From NCBI GenBank assembly GCA_016182385.1, contig JACPGV010000011.1, forward strand, positions 22,888 through 86,887: DNA of 64,000 bases, read 5' to 3'. The notes below the pieces were generated by a model that saw nothing but the letters and a program-made list of their open reading frames with translations, was not told where the DNA came from and searched no databases. How positions within the stretch are numbered: the first letter of the stretch is position 1; each line of letters opens with the position of its first letter. Positions 39,362 through 49,439 of this stretch are shown piece by piece. The translations under genes were made by a program, and so were the position numbers. This DNA comes from Candidatus Moraniibacteriota bacterium. GTDB taxonomy: Bacteria; Patescibacteriota; Minisyncoccia; Moranbacterales; UBA1568.

Positions 39362-40159
39362 TTACTTTTCAAAACTCTGTAAATATTCTGGAAGTTTCAA
39401 AATCCATTTCGCTTGTTCCGGATAAAATAAAAACCTCTCGACATCTTTTGCTGCCTGTTCCAGATTGCTCTTTCTCGCCTGCTGTGTCAAAAATTCTACC
39501 AACATATGACGATTCGTAATATCAAGCTTCTTTTCTTTAAAAAGAGCATAGTTCGGCTCCAAATCCTTTTGACTCAAGAACCATACCAAATCATAAAAAT
39601 CGCGTCCTTTTTGATATGGACGAAAAATAATAGCAACGACTTTTTGAGCGAAAAGTGTTTCCAGAGAATTGACCAACAAAGGAAAACGCTCATTAAAACT
39701 ATCAGAGAATTTCGTTTCCGTGCGCGCTTTCTTGAACGGATTGAAATCAATTTCAAATTTGATAAGCATCTTTTCATTTTCTTGAACATTCAGACCGAAT
39801 TCCCATAAAACATCCTTGAATCTGAAATAAATAGTATGGATATTTTCAGTCGTTTTCGTACGCGCATCGACTTGAAATCCCTGCATATCCAACTTGTTTC
39901 TGATATCAGCCATCAATTCCTCGATATGAAATCCTTCTTTTTTTACCAGATCAAAATACAAATCTTCCGAAAAACGGTTGATTCCATATGCAAAACGAAG
40001 ACACGCACCACCCATGAATGAAATGCTGTCATTGAACTTGCTCAAAGAAAGTGCTTTGAGAATCTGCGTCTGCAAATATTCGAGTAAAATATTGCGATCC
40101 TGCCACGGAATATTTCTCTCTTCTGCGTATTTTTTAAAAAAGTCTTTACTCGGTAGCAT
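39362..40159 (-). CDS. AbiEii/AbiGii-family nucleotidyltransferase toxin (type IV TA toxin, DUF1814)
   Basis: GGACLRFAYGINRFSEDLYFD... matches the nucleotidyltransferase-fold core of AbiEii. Start set at MLPSKDFF (ATG at 40159), 8 nt after the AbiEi stop; the track's 40258 start overlaps AbiEi. Confidence 0.75.
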   Translation of the reverse strand: MLPSKDFFKKYAEERNIPWQDRNILLEYLQTQILKALSLSKFNDSISFMGGACLRFAYGINRFSEDLYFDLVKKEGFHIEELMADIRNKLDMQGFQVDARTKTTENIHTIYFRFKDVLWEFGLNVQENEKMLIKFEIDFNPFKKARTETKFSDSFNERFPLLVNSLETLFAQKVVAIIFRPYQKGRDFYDLVWFLSQKDLEPNYALFKEKKLDITNRHMLVEFLTQQARKSNLEQAAKDVERFLFYPEQAKWILKLPEYLQSFEK

Positions 40160-40769
40160 AATATTTGATAAAACTTTTAGTAAGAAGCGAAACCTTTTTA
40201 TTTTGAAAGGCCTCGGCAAATCCCAGTAATTTTTTCGTATCAAAAACAAAGTCCTCATTGAAACGATATCCTCGGAATTGTTCCGAATCTCCGTTTAAAA
40301 TATTGCGTTTCAAATAAAAAAAATCCACCAGTGCCTTTTCTGGCAATGCCATATTAAAGGAAATTTTCCCGTCCTTTTTCGTTTCATATCCGCCAAATGC
40401 GCTCTTTTTGATTTTCTGATAACTGAAACGTCCCAATTTCGTATCAAACTCTTTCGTTTTCCTTGTCGTCACCGAAGTCACCGTAAACACAGCCTCCGGA
40501 ATAATTCCATAAAAACTCAACGCCTTTTCCATGCTCACATAGGATGGTTGATACATTTTTGTCGCAAACCACACAGGATCCGCATTTTTTGCCTCCTCAG
40601 CGACAACATACATACCTCTTCTCAACATAATAAGATGACCCTTGTTAACCCAATTTTTCAGATTAACAAGCATGGTACTTGTGAACGCACCACCCAGAAC
40701 AAGCCTCAGTTCTTTCGTTTCAAAAAGCGGCAATTCTTCAACTTTTTTTCTAAATTCAAAATAATTCAT
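40146..40769 (-). CDS. AbiEi-family antitoxin/transcriptional regulator (type IV TA antitoxin)
   Basis: N-terminal wHTH-like region and the conserved PSYVSMEKALSFYGIIPE motif of AbiEi antitoxins; 207 aa; immediately upstream of AbiEii. Confidence 0.75.
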   Translation of the reverse strand: MNYFEFRKKVEELPLFETKELRLVLGGAFTSTMLVNLKNWVNKGHLIMLRRGMYVVAEEAKNADPVWFATKMYQPSYVSMEKALSFYGIIPEAVFTVTSVTTRKTKEFDTKLGRFSYQKIKKSAFGGYETKKDGKISFNMALPEKALVDFFYLKRNILNGDSEQFRGYRFNEDFVFDTKKLLGFAEAFQNKKVSLLTKSFIKYYATE

Positions 40770-40783
40770 TTCTTTTACTAATA

Positions 40784-40812
40784 GAATTATATCAATAAAA
40801 GAATTATATCAA
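40784..40812. promoter_or_regulatory. tandem direct repeats with embedded -10 boxes in the AbiEi promoter region (candidate autoregulatory operator)
   Basis: Two 13-nt direct repeats, AGAATTATATCAA on the plus strand and TTGATATAATTCT on the coding strand, at 40784-40796 and 40800-40812 (16-bp period), each containing TATAAT, within 45 nt upstream of the abiEi start in a >80% AT region. Confidence 0.4.
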
Positions 40813-40912
40813 AAATATTTTATATTGTCAATATACTAATTTTATTGCTTAATATAAGAATTTTTCTCTTTTTTATAAAGATATCCGACTATTCTATCTA
40901 AACCCCCGCAAA

Positions 40913-41275
40913 TCAATGTTTTTCTTTGACTGGAGGATCATTTTTCCCCTCACCTCGAATCTCAATAATCCCCCGAATCACCGCCATAACAATAAAGTAG
41001 TACGCATACACAGCAAATTCTTCTGCACGTTCTGGCCTCTTCAAAAGATGAAGGATTGGAGTAAATAGAAGAAACAAAAGCGCTGCTCCCGCCAGTAGTC
41101 TACTTGGAATAGGCCCAATAAGTGACCAGATAAAAATCAAAAAGATGATAATTTCTACCATGGTCCAATCAAAATAGACTCCCAAGACTGCTCCTAGCAC
41201 CGGAAGTACAATATCTACTTTTCTAGAGATAACAAAATGCCGTACCCGTCCTTCAAGTTTCTCTTCTGATCCCAT
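40913..41275 (-). CDS. small 4-TM membrane protein (GtrA-like size and topology)
   Basis: ~120 aa from MGSEEKLEG with four predicted TMs; the stop of the upstream YfhO-like gene lies 5 nt before it. The track's longer form (to 41431) overlaps that gene. Confidence 0.35.
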   Translation of the reverse strand: MGSEEKLEGRVRHFVISRKVDIVLPVLGAVLGVYFDWTMVEIIIFLIFIWSLIGPIPSRLLAGAALLFLLFTPILHLLKRPERAEEFAVYAYYFIVMAVIRGIIEIRGEGKNDPPVKEKH

Positions 41276-41279
41276 ACGA

Positions 41280-43460
41280 TTACCGGTTAGATTTATATTG
41301 CCACCTCTTTCTCCACTCACTGGCAAGCAAAATAGAAAGAACAAAAAGACTGACTCCGGTAATCCACATACCGACATATAAGAGACGTGCCGGCAGGTAG
41401 TACAGGGAAACGTTTCCTCCCTTTCGATCACGATCTAATCTCCAGGCATTGGCATGCTGAATGCTGTTGTCCCGAGTCAATGAGACTTTGTTTCCAGCTA
41501 GATCAACATATTCCGCTCTCCAGAGAGAATCGTAGCGCTCATTCAAGAAAATAGTGGCGTCCTGCTTCATATCCACCACCGGTACCATAATTTCTCGTGG
41601 ATTTTTTCTCTGGTATGCCAGTTCTTCTATATTTTCACGTAGCGCCTGTACAGACTGCGAAAGTCCTTCTATTTTCATCGGAACAAATGGGGCATTGATC
41701 CCTACAAATACGTATGGAAACACCCGCTTCTCTTCCAAAGTATAGAGAGTAAAAAAATCATTCTCTTTTACTTTCTGCAACGCTCCAGTTCTTTCAAGGT
41801 ATTCCTTAGCTCCTTCAAATTCTTCTTGATTCTCCTTACGAGTATCCTTATGAAAAAACACATACTCAACCCCTAGAAGACCGTAGAGATCAGTTATCCA
41901 CTGCGGGTCATGCTGACTCTCAAACTCCGTAGCAAACATCCAATGAGGAATGTAGTAGTCATACAGCTCTACGTATTTTTTACTATACAAACGATACGCG
42001 ATATCGGGACCATTGACCTTCCAAGTAGGAAAATTCACTCTCCCGACGCTCGAACCAGGAGCGTACGGCAACATTGCAATCTTACTGTCCTTTTTACTTG
42101 ACTCAATGACTGAAGCGACATCATAATATGCCTGAGGAACCTCTACGAGAGCACTATACTTAGCCTTGGTATAGTCCTTGGCTTTCTGACCAGAAAGAGC
42201 AAAGCTCAATTTTGTCTGAAGGCCGCCTACGTAAAAAGGAAGCGCCAGAATAATCGTCATGAGAAGAAATGAGAGCATAAGGAAACGAGCATACTTCTTT
42301 CCTTCAAATGATTGAAGGAAAAGTAGAAGAAGTCCTGAAAGAAGAAATGGAGTTATCGTAGCCAGCTTATCCCAGCCACGCAAAGTATTGAATCCTGGCA
42401 GAGTGAATAGAAATTCGTTCATAGACTCAAATGGGAAACGCACTCGTGCCACCAGAGCCATGAAAATAAATGTGAGCATGAAAAAGGCACCGAATATCTT
42501 TTGGTCCCTCGAACTCCTTTTCCGAAAGAATCCATACAACGCCAAGAAAAAAGGAATGAAAGCTATGAAGGCTATCACTCTCTTTGCTTGAGAAAAATCT
42601 GGGTATGGAAAATTCATTGGATAATAGCGTTCCTGCTCACTCGTAGGAAGTAATCGAATCGTATCCGAAAAAGCATTCGACGTCTCCCTTAATCGCTCTG
42701 AAAGATCAACAAATTCTGAAGTATAAACTGCTTGTACGCCACCTCGTAGCTGAGGTATCTGTGGCAACAACCAGTAGGTGTTCATGAGAGCCGCTCCAAA
42801 AACAAGCATCCCTATTTTAAGCAAAGTCTGACGATCAAAAGGGATGGAACGGAAAAGAAACAGTGCGAGCGTAAGAAAAAAGAATAAGATACCAAGAGAC
42901 AGAGCAAAAGCCGGATTTCCAAAACTCGTCGAAGCAAGAAAAGCAACCCCCACAAAACCGTAGCTAAAAATTCTCTGAGATGATTCGAGAGCTTTGATAT
43001 ACATCCCTACCAGAAGAGGAATGAATATGTACAAGACCTGATACGAACTATACCCCCAAGCAGCAGTGAAGACATAGAGTGTATAGAGATTCGTAGCGTA
43101 AAAAAGTGCGGAAAGTGACCGTGTCAGTCCAGATGACCTCGAGAACACCAATGCACAAAATGACAGAAACGAAAAAAATGAACCAAGAAGGAATATTCCG
43201 ACATACCAAGAAAGTTGAGCCGTATCACTAATACCTAGTTGGTCAATAATGTAAAAGACGCCATAAAATAATGAAGCGCTGCCGAAAGCATCGTAATGAA
43301 AACGAACAAAATTTTCGGTCATGTTAATAGCCTGAATAACATCCCCGCCAAGCAAAATATGTCTCGCAGGAAAGATATTCATGAGAGTACATAAAACAAG
43401 AAGAAATACTCCTATTGTTTCCCATCGGTACCGAAGTAGAATGTGTCGTACTCTCTCCAT
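41280..43460 (-). CDS. YfhO-like GT-C-fold membrane glycosyltransferase (paralog 1)
   Basis: 726 aa. ~13 N-terminal TMs with an acidic GGDV motif in the first extracytoplasmic loop, a ~300 aa extracytoplasmic domain and a single C-terminal TM (LLYVGMWITGVSLFVLSILL); this is the topology of YfhO/ArnT-type GT-C enzymes. Confidence 0.5.
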   Translation of the reverse strand: MERVRHILLRYRWETIGVFLLVLCTLMNIFPARHILLGGDVIQAINMTENFVRFHYDAFGSASLFYGVFYIIDQLGISDTAQLSWYVGIFLLGSFFSFLSFCALVFSRSSGLTRSLSALFYATNLYTLYVFTAAWGYSSYQVLYIFIPLLVGMYIKALESSQRIFSYGFVGVAFLASTSFGNPAFALSLGILFFFLTLALFLFRSIPFDRQTLLKIGMLVFGAALMNTYWLLPQIPQLRGGVQAVYTSEFVDLSERLRETSNAFSDTIRLLPTSEQERYYPMNFPYPDFSQAKRVIAFIAFIPFFLALYGFFRKRSSRDQKIFGAFFMLTFIFMALVARVRFPFESMNEFLFTLPGFNTLRGWDKLATITPFLLSGLLLLFLQSFEGKKYARFLMLSFLLMTIILALPFYVGGLQTKLSFALSGQKAKDYTKAKYSALVEVPQAYYDVASVIESSKKDSKIAMLPYAPGSSVGRVNFPTWKVNGPDIAYRLYSKKYVELYDYYIPHWMFATEFESQHDPQWITDLYGLLGVEYVFFHKDTRKENQEEFEGAKEYLERTGALQKVKENDFFTLYTLEEKRVFPYVFVGINAPFVPMKIEGLSQSVQALRENIEELAYQRKNPREIMVPVVDMKQDATIFLNERYDSLWRAEYVDLAGNKVSLTRDNSIQHANAWRLDRDRKGGNVSLYYLPARLLYVGMWITGVSLFVLSILLASEWRKRWQYKSNR

Positions 43461-43468
43461 AACATTAC

Positions 43469-44998
43469 TTATCGTAATTTTGAAACACTGGCATGAACAG
43501 AAAACTCATTGAACCCGAAAAACCCTGATGATTTCTCCTCACCTACGTAAGTTGCTTTGACGTAGACTGTTTTCGCTACTCTGTTCCCTGGTAACGTCAA
43601 CAAAAACCGTACCCGCCCAGATGATTCCTCTACAAATGGAATTTCCTGCCAATGTTCCTTATCCAGAGAATACTCCAATTGAATTTCTGACAAATCATCG
43701 CCGTCCTGTTGTGCATCCAAAGCAAAAAATTCGAAGGGACGCCCTGTTTCAAATCGATACATGAGATACTCCCCTGTCTTCTGACTTCCTGTGATAATCT
43801 TCCTCTCCCTGTCGAAGATGATACTTTGACTCGCCTCGTAGAGATTATCATAATCAACTGGGTCGTGTCTCAATTGGAAAGCATAGAGAAGCTTCTTCCC
43901 TAAATCCTCCAACTTCGCTCCATCAGGAAAGCTATCCGCCCCATTCAACCGTGCCCGTTGGCCAATATGCACAAAAAGATCTCCCTTTTCCTTAAATTCT
44001 TTCGGGTCAACCGTCTTCTCCAATTCGCCTAAAGAAAAGAAGTTTTCTGGGTCTTTATCCTTTGGGCCAACAAAATTAAGAGCATACCAGCCGCCCTGTT
44101 TCAAAGGAAAAGAGAAAGGGAGTAGGAAATTACCAGAAAAAATTCTCATACCATTCAAAGCGTCCAATACGAAGGGTATCCTTTGAAGAGGAGCTGATTC
44201 TTTTTCTTTCGTTACACTATTGTAACGAAAGAGTTCAAAAGCATATTCTTGTCTCCCGCCACCATCTATTTTTCCTGAAAATTCGAGCGACCGAATAAAA
44301 TCACCGTCAGCCTGAAAAAGCCATTCTTTTTTCTGAGAGCTTTTATCTATATTATTTACTGAAAAAAGCTCTCGATGACTAGTCTCCGAGATACCATAAA
44401 AAGTAGGCATGAGACTGACTGCTTCAAAGCGAGTCTGCACTTCAAGCGGCGTGATATCAAAAGATTTTATGAAAACTTCTGGATCATACCATTCCATTTC
44501 TGAAACCTCAGAATTCTTTTTCAATCGAATAATAAGGTCCTGATACCTCCCAGGCGTGGAAAAGACTACTTCACGATATTGACCCTTTTCATCTGGTTCA
44601 AAAGTCCATGAGCTGATGGGCAGTATTTCATTTAGGGAAGATCGAGCCAATACCTCGACCTGTTCTTTATCCTTCGTACTCACATGAATGCCCAGGCGAA
44701 AAAAATCATTCGTTCGAGATTCGAAAAAATTCTCATAGATTTTCTCTGGGATTTTTTTAGTAAGATCGGGTCGAAAAACAAAGGCTGATTTTTCCTTCTT
44801 TGATTCAGGCTTCTTCACTACCTGATCAGGTGCTACAGCCTGATGCCAGAGGTAGGCGGTAAGAAAAATAAAAAGAATGAAGAAATAGCGAAAGTATCTC
44901 CCCAAAAAGACTCCCATTTTCCTAATCACTCCGTGAATTTCTTTCATGTTCTTCATTTTGGATATTTTATCAGTTCTGAGATGATTTGTCATGGTCAC
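43469..44998 (-). CDS. hypothetical membrane-anchored extracytoplasmic protein (509 aa)
   Basis: Single N-terminal TM (YFFILFIFLTAYLW), then a ~450 aa soluble domain; sandwiched between, and overlapping, the two YfhO-like paralogs. Confidence 0.45.
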   Translation of the reverse strand: MTMTNHLRTDKISKMKNMKEIHGVIRKMGVFLGRYFRYFFILFIFLTAYLWHQAVAPDQVVKKPESKKEKSAFVFRPDLTKKIPEKIYENFFESRTNDFFRLGIHVSTKDKEQVEVLARSSLNEILPISSWTFEPDEKGQYREVVFSTPGRYQDLIIRLKKNSEVSEMEWYDPEVFIKSFDITPLEVQTRFEAVSLMPTFYGISETSHRELFSVNNIDKSSQKKEWLFQADGDFIRSLEFSGKIDGGGRQEYAFELFRYNSVTKEKESAPLQRIPFVLDALNGMRIFSGNFLLPFSFPLKQGGWYALNFVGPKDKDPENFFSLGELEKTVDPKEFKEKGDLFVHIGQRARLNGADSFPDGAKLEDLGKKLLYAFQLRHDPVDYDNLYEASQSIIFDRERKIITGSQKTGEYLMYRFETGRPFEFFALDAQQDGDDLSEIQLEYSLDKEHWQEIPFVEESSGRVRFLLTLPGNRVAKTVYVKATYVGEEKSSGFFGFNEFSVHASVSKLR

Positions 44999-47471
44999 TT
45001 TTTTGCCTTTTTTCCTTTTTTAGAGCTCTTTTTACCAAAAGCAGCGAGTACCAAAGGAGACCGAGACCGGAAATAATTATCCCAATATATGAGACCCTCT
45101 GAGGCCAAAATTCTATAATCACTTCGACATCCTGAGTTTCATCTTTATTCTTCAGACAACTCTCAGACTGTTCCTGGCATATAGCATCTATATCAAGAAC
45201 CCAGGCGTTGGCGTAACCATTGACCACAAGTTGTCTATTCTTAGTATCGAGAGGTTCTTGAAACCACGTTTCAGAAAAGCGAGCCTCTACGAGATTATCA
45301 TTTTGAACGGTGTTAAAGAACTTTTTTGAGACAAAATCGATAGAAAATTTCTCGATAAAATCAATCTTCCCTCGATAGTCATCCCATTTTTTGTGAACAA
45401 TACTTTTTTCTTTTCCGTCTCCCAGCTCCGTGACACTCCCCTCGTTTACGAGCCTCACAAGTTCATCGCTATCAGCCTGAAAATATTTATTCTTTTCCAA
45501 TATCTTGTATTCCTTCAGTCGAGAGAGGAGTGACCCACGATCCTGATAAGAACTCTTTTTTTCCGCCAAGTATATGTTCCAATCTTTATGATACTGTTCG
45601 CTCAAAACCAGCACGACGTTCCCCTGTGCACCGTGCAAACGTACTCGATACTGCGTCGGATTGATTTTCTTGTACTCAACACTCGCCCCGGAGAAAATTC
45701 CTCCTCTGTCTATATCAGCATTTATCTCATTATCCTGAAACGAAACTTTCCGCTCAGCATGACGAATAGGCGAGTTATCAAGAAGTATTTGCGTTAATGG
45801 TGCGTCATCAAAGGTACCAATACTTTCGGCCGTATACAACTGTGGTAAAAATTCGTTTCGATCGACATACTGAATAGAGAGAAAACCCTCTTGAAAAGCC
45901 GGTACTGTATTCTTCACATAATAAACAATTTTGTTCATCAAGGAAGCGTCTTCGAATATGAAACCAACTGCATGATTCGAGAGACTCCCGAGAACCTTGT
46001 CATACCCCAAGTTATAGTTTGTGTACAAGAAGTTGTAGATAATTGGCCCAAAGAATCCCCACTGGGTATTGAGGTACGTCAGATCACTGTTGGGATAGAA
46101 CGTCCGGACGTTCATTTTTTGGTAATCAATAAACTCGCGCACCTTGTAATACTCATTTGGGATATGAAAACCACGTTGCTGAATGTTCGTATATTGGTTG
46201 ATCCCGTTGAAATTTTTATAGTACTCCCCGTTCCAGTATGGGTATCCGACATAGATCGTCACAACAAGTATAAGAGAGCTAAAAAAGAACCGTTTTCTTG
46301 GAATTTGTTCGACAAAGAAAAACAAAAGGAGCGCATAAAATACCGAGAGGAAAAAAACTGCTCCCGCTGTCGTTCGCAAAAAGGCTAACAAAGGCACACT
46401 CGCAACAAAGTGCTCATACATCTGCCCAAAAGGCTTATTTGGTCCCGCAGCAAAAAAGAGATAGATGACAAGAAGAAGCCAAACGATGATCTCGTCTCTC
46501 TTATCTACATTGTGTTCGGAGTGAATAATAAGCAGTCGTGCAAAGATGATAAAGACAAAGAAATAGCTCAGGATCAAAATGAGAGCACTCGAATTATAGG
46601 AAAGAACATCCAGATGATTCAGAAAGATAGAATCTTGATGAAGCTTCAATATCTTATCCATGGTATCCACGCCGAAATTCATCATCTTGCCAATATCCTT
46701 GTACCCCGACTTCACTTTTACCCCATAGTCGATGGGATCATAGTTTAAGGTGAAATTTGCTAAAGGCAAAAATAAATAGGCCGAAAGAACAAAGGCGAGT
46801 GAAAATTTTATGAACACCTTTCGCAGCTCTACACCAGTAATTTTTTGAAGACTCCAATTAGCAAAGAAAATAATTGCTGAGATGAGAAAAAGATGAAAAA
46901 GGTACTTCGGGTTCGGTAGATCTAGAGAGCAAAAAGCCAGTATCACATTTAACCAAAGTGCCGTTCCGATGGTGACGTCTTTCTCCTTGACGATCCTAAA
47001 AATGAAATAGATGAACCAAGGAGTAAAAGCGTACACAAATATGTAATGGTAGGCATTGAGAAGAGCTGGGGAGAGGAGATAGAACACGATCGGCACCAAG
47101 AGTTCTAGTCGTTGCGCCTTTGGGGAAAAAAGCTGAGCCAGTTTGTAAATACCAAATCCCGCAATCAACGTTAGAAAAAATAATAAGACTGCAGAAATAA
47201 AAAGGATATTACCCGTAAAAAGCTCGGCCACCCAGTACATGATGTAAAAAACATAGTAGTTCACGGCGAAGTATTGGCCATTTTTCATCTCTATCCACTG
47301 ATAGAGATATTTTTCCAGCCCCTCACTGTTGAATGGTATGAGTACATCGCCCCCGATAGAAAGACGCCCCCAAGTATAAAAAGCTGGTAACAGTGCTAAC
47401 CCAAAAATAACCAGTTCGGGAGAGTACCGAACGAGCAACCTCAAAAATGTCTTCCAAATCTCTCGGTTCAT
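44970..47471 (-). CDS. YfhO-like GT-C-fold membrane glycosyltransferase (paralog 2)
   Basis: 833 aa; same architecture as 41280..43460. The N-termini are alignable (LLVRYSPELVIFGLALLPAFYTWGRLSIGGDV vs ILLRYRWETIGVFLLVLCTLMNIFPARHILLGGDV); C-terminal TM IGIIISGLGLLWYSLLLV. Confidence 0.5.
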   Translation of the reverse strand: MNREIWKTFLRLLVRYSPELVIFGLALLPAFYTWGRLSIGGDVLIPFNSEGLEKYLYQWIEMKNGQYFAVNYYVFYIMYWVAELFTGNILFISAVLLFFLTLIAGFGIYKLAQLFSPKAQRLELLVPIVFYLLSPALLNAYHYIFVYAFTPWFIYFIFRIVKEKDVTIGTALWLNVILAFCSLDLPNPKYLFHLFLISAIIFFANWSLQKITGVELRKVFIKFSLAFVLSAYLFLPLANFTLNYDPIDYGVKVKSGYKDIGKMMNFGVDTMDKILKLHQDSIFLNHLDVLSYNSSALILILSYFFVFIIFARLLIIHSEHNVDKRDEIIVWLLLVIYLFFAAGPNKPFGQMYEHFVASVPLLAFLRTTAGAVFFLSVFYALLLFFFVEQIPRKRFFFSSLILVVTIYVGYPYWNGEYYKNFNGINQYTNIQQRGFHIPNEYYKVREFIDYQKMNVRTFYPNSDLTYLNTQWGFFGPIIYNFLYTNYNLGYDKVLGSLSNHAVGFIFEDASLMNKIVYYVKNTVPAFQEGFLSIQYVDRNEFLPQLYTAESIGTFDDAPLTQILLDNSPIRHAERKVSFQDNEINADIDRGGIFSGASVEYKKINPTQYRVRLHGAQGNVVLVLSEQYHKDWNIYLAEKKSSYQDRGSLLSRLKEYKILEKNKYFQADSDELVRLVNEGSVTELGDGKEKSIVHKKWDDYRGKIDFIEKFSIDFVSKKFFNTVQNDNLVEARFSETWFQEPLDTKNRQLVVNGYANAWVLDIDAICQEQSESCLKNKDETQDVEVIIEFWPQRVSYIGIIISGLGLLWYSLLLVKRALKKEKRQKSDHDKSSQN

Positions 47472-48325
47472 GCTTTTTTATAGAGGGCGTAAAAAGTAGG
47501 ACTCAGGAAGTCTAGTATCTTAAGAGCGACTAAAGAGAAGGAAACAATGAGTGGAATATTCTGGAGTTTCCCCAATTGGTTCCGCACCAACGTCTCTTTG
47601 TTAAGCGTCGGATATTTAAACAACACTTCTTCAAATCCATTCTTGCGCATCAATCGCCTGAGCCGATACGGGTTCGTCAGATTAACGTGCAGGCTCCGAT
47701 CGTGCTGATTCGCCTCACGCACTGCTTTCCAAGTACGAATGCCAAATATAATATGAATGAAATCAAAAACTGGACGGATAGTATTTAGGTAGAATGTATT
47801 ATCTGTGTGCACCACAATAGAGACGTCACTCCCCCACCCTCTAATCTGGGAAAGTACCAATTCAATTTCCGGATCATACATATGCTCTACGACATCTGCT
47901 AAATACACGGCTTTGATGTTCGAAAAGTCATGTTGGTAGTCATTGTTTGTATTGATAAAACGCATTTTTCCCGTATACTGAGGAATCATTTGCAGCTTTT
48001 CCTGGCAGATATCAATAGCACTCTTAGAGTAGTCTATTCCTGTACAATCACAGCCGTATCGAGAAACAAGAAAAAAAGCCAAGTCTCCATTGCCGCATCC
48101 ATAGTCCACAATCCTATCAGTTGGCTGAAGTTTGAGAAGATTTGCCATCTCGGAAAATATCGTAAGATGCCCAGTTTTGAAATACGTCCCATCTTCAGAA
48201 AGTATTGACCGCCCATAGGCATTCTGATAATACGCTTTGCTATAGAGATTGGAATCGACTTGTTCCATAGATTTTCTTTTTATGAATTCAATGCTTCGTA
48301 TTCCTTGGTCACAACCACATCCCAA
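47468..48325 (-). CDS. class I SAM-dependent methyltransferase
   Basis: Motif I VDYGCGNGDLA, acidic motif II and motif III (AVYLADVVEHM) in a Rossmann-fold MTase; 4-nt overlap with the downstream YfhO-like gene. Confidence 0.75.
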   Translation of the reverse strand: MGCGCDQGIRSIEFIKRKSMEQVDSNLYSKAYYQNAYGRSILSEDGTYFKTGHLTIFSEMANLLKLQPTDRIVDYGCGNGDLAFFLVSRYGCDCTGIDYSKSAIDICQEKLQMIPQYTGKMRFINTNNDYQHDFSNIKAVYLADVVEHMYDPEIELVLSQIRGWGSDVSIVVHTDNTFYLNTIRPVFDFIHIIFGIRTWKAVREANQHDRSLHVNLTNPYRLRRLMRKNGFEEVLFKYPTLNKETLVRNQLGKLQNIPLIVSFSLVALKILDFLSPTFYALYKKA

Positions 48326-49425
48326 CTAAACGCGTCTAGTAGTTTTTCTCCAGCTTCGTTTTTGAGTTCGTCACTCCTGAGAAGTTCGAGGGTTTTACTT
48401 GCTATACCGGCATAATCTTGCCACGGTATAATAATCACTTCATTATGCCGATAGAGATGTCGGAATGGTGGGAGGTTATATACCAAAGCTTGTTTCCCAG
48501 AACAGACCACTTCCAAAAGCGCTACTCCAAAACTTTCATCATAGCTAAAAAACCAAAACAATTTTGAGGATTTTATTACATTAAACTTCTCGGTGCCAAC
48601 CTTATACCCCAGGAAAAAGATGTTCTGCTCCAGGTTCATTTTCTGAATGCGTTCTTGATAAGCTTTGACGGTTGGCTCGTCTCCTCCGCCCATGATACCC
48701 AACCGAAAATTTGGCTGTTCCTTCACTACCAAAGCAAGGCTCTCGAGCATATCATAGATTCCCTTTTTCTCATTGATTCTCCCCATGAATAAGGCGTCGA
48801 AAGTATATCGCTCATCAAGCACTGCCTCCCGAATTCTCTGACCCTCCACCGCACATCCGGTCAGTACAATCTGATTTCGTTTAAATCTATGTTCCAGGAG
48901 ATAAGTTTCTAGATCTGGCGTAATGACATAAATTTTATCTGCCCTTCGGAGCAAGTGTAGACTCATATGAAAAAATACCCACGCCAAGAAACGTATACCT
49001 TTATTACCAGGTCCTTGGAGTGGCACTGTATTGTCGAACACTGTAATCCACTTCGTTTCCGGATGAAAAAGCCGGTAAAAGAAAGGAAAGAGAGTAAACT
49101 CGAGAACGGAGGTTAATGTGTAGAGCACATCATAGTTACCAGTCTTCACTTTGCCATACTGTCGAAATACCAAAAGGTTTCTACGCAGCGCGTACCAAAT
49201 GTACCGAAGCTTTGTGAAGCGTTCCTCTGGAATATTTCTAAGCTCATCCATCTCCGCATTAAAGGCATAGACATCTTTTCCTTTAAGGTTAATCCGCTCG
49301 ATGAAAACGCCCGTCTGAATATATATTTCATACCCAAGTTCTTCCCATTTTTTCATCTTGATAAGCCAGATAATCTGAATCCCCTCACGATTCAGATTGA
49401 CGATATTGACAAGCATTTTTTTCAT
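48280..49425 (-). CDS. glycosyltransferase family 4 (GT-B, glycosyl transferase group 1)
   Basis: C-terminal retaining GT-B signature E-x7-E region (SYDESFGVALLEVVCSGKQALV); 381 aa. Confidence 0.75.
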   Translation of the reverse strand: MKKMLVNIVNLNREGIQIIWLIKMKKWEELGYEIYIQTGVFIERINLKGKDVYAFNAEMDELRNIPEERFTKLRYIWYALRRNLLVFRQYGKVKTGNYDVLYTLTSVLEFTLFPFFYRLFHPETKWITVFDNTVPLQGPGNKGIRFLAWVFFHMSLHLLRRADKIYVITPDLETYLLEHRFKRNQIVLTGCAVEGQRIREAVLDERYTFDALFMGRINEKKGIYDMLESLALVVKEQPNFRLGIMGGGDEPTVKAYQERIQKMNLEQNIFFLGYKVGTEKFNVIKSSKLFWFFSYDESFGVALLEVVCSGKQALVYNLPPFRHLYRHNEVIIIPWQDYAGIASKTLELLRSDELKNEAGEKLLDAFSWDVVVTKEYEALNS

Positions 49426-49439
49426 ATTCTCTCGACTAT

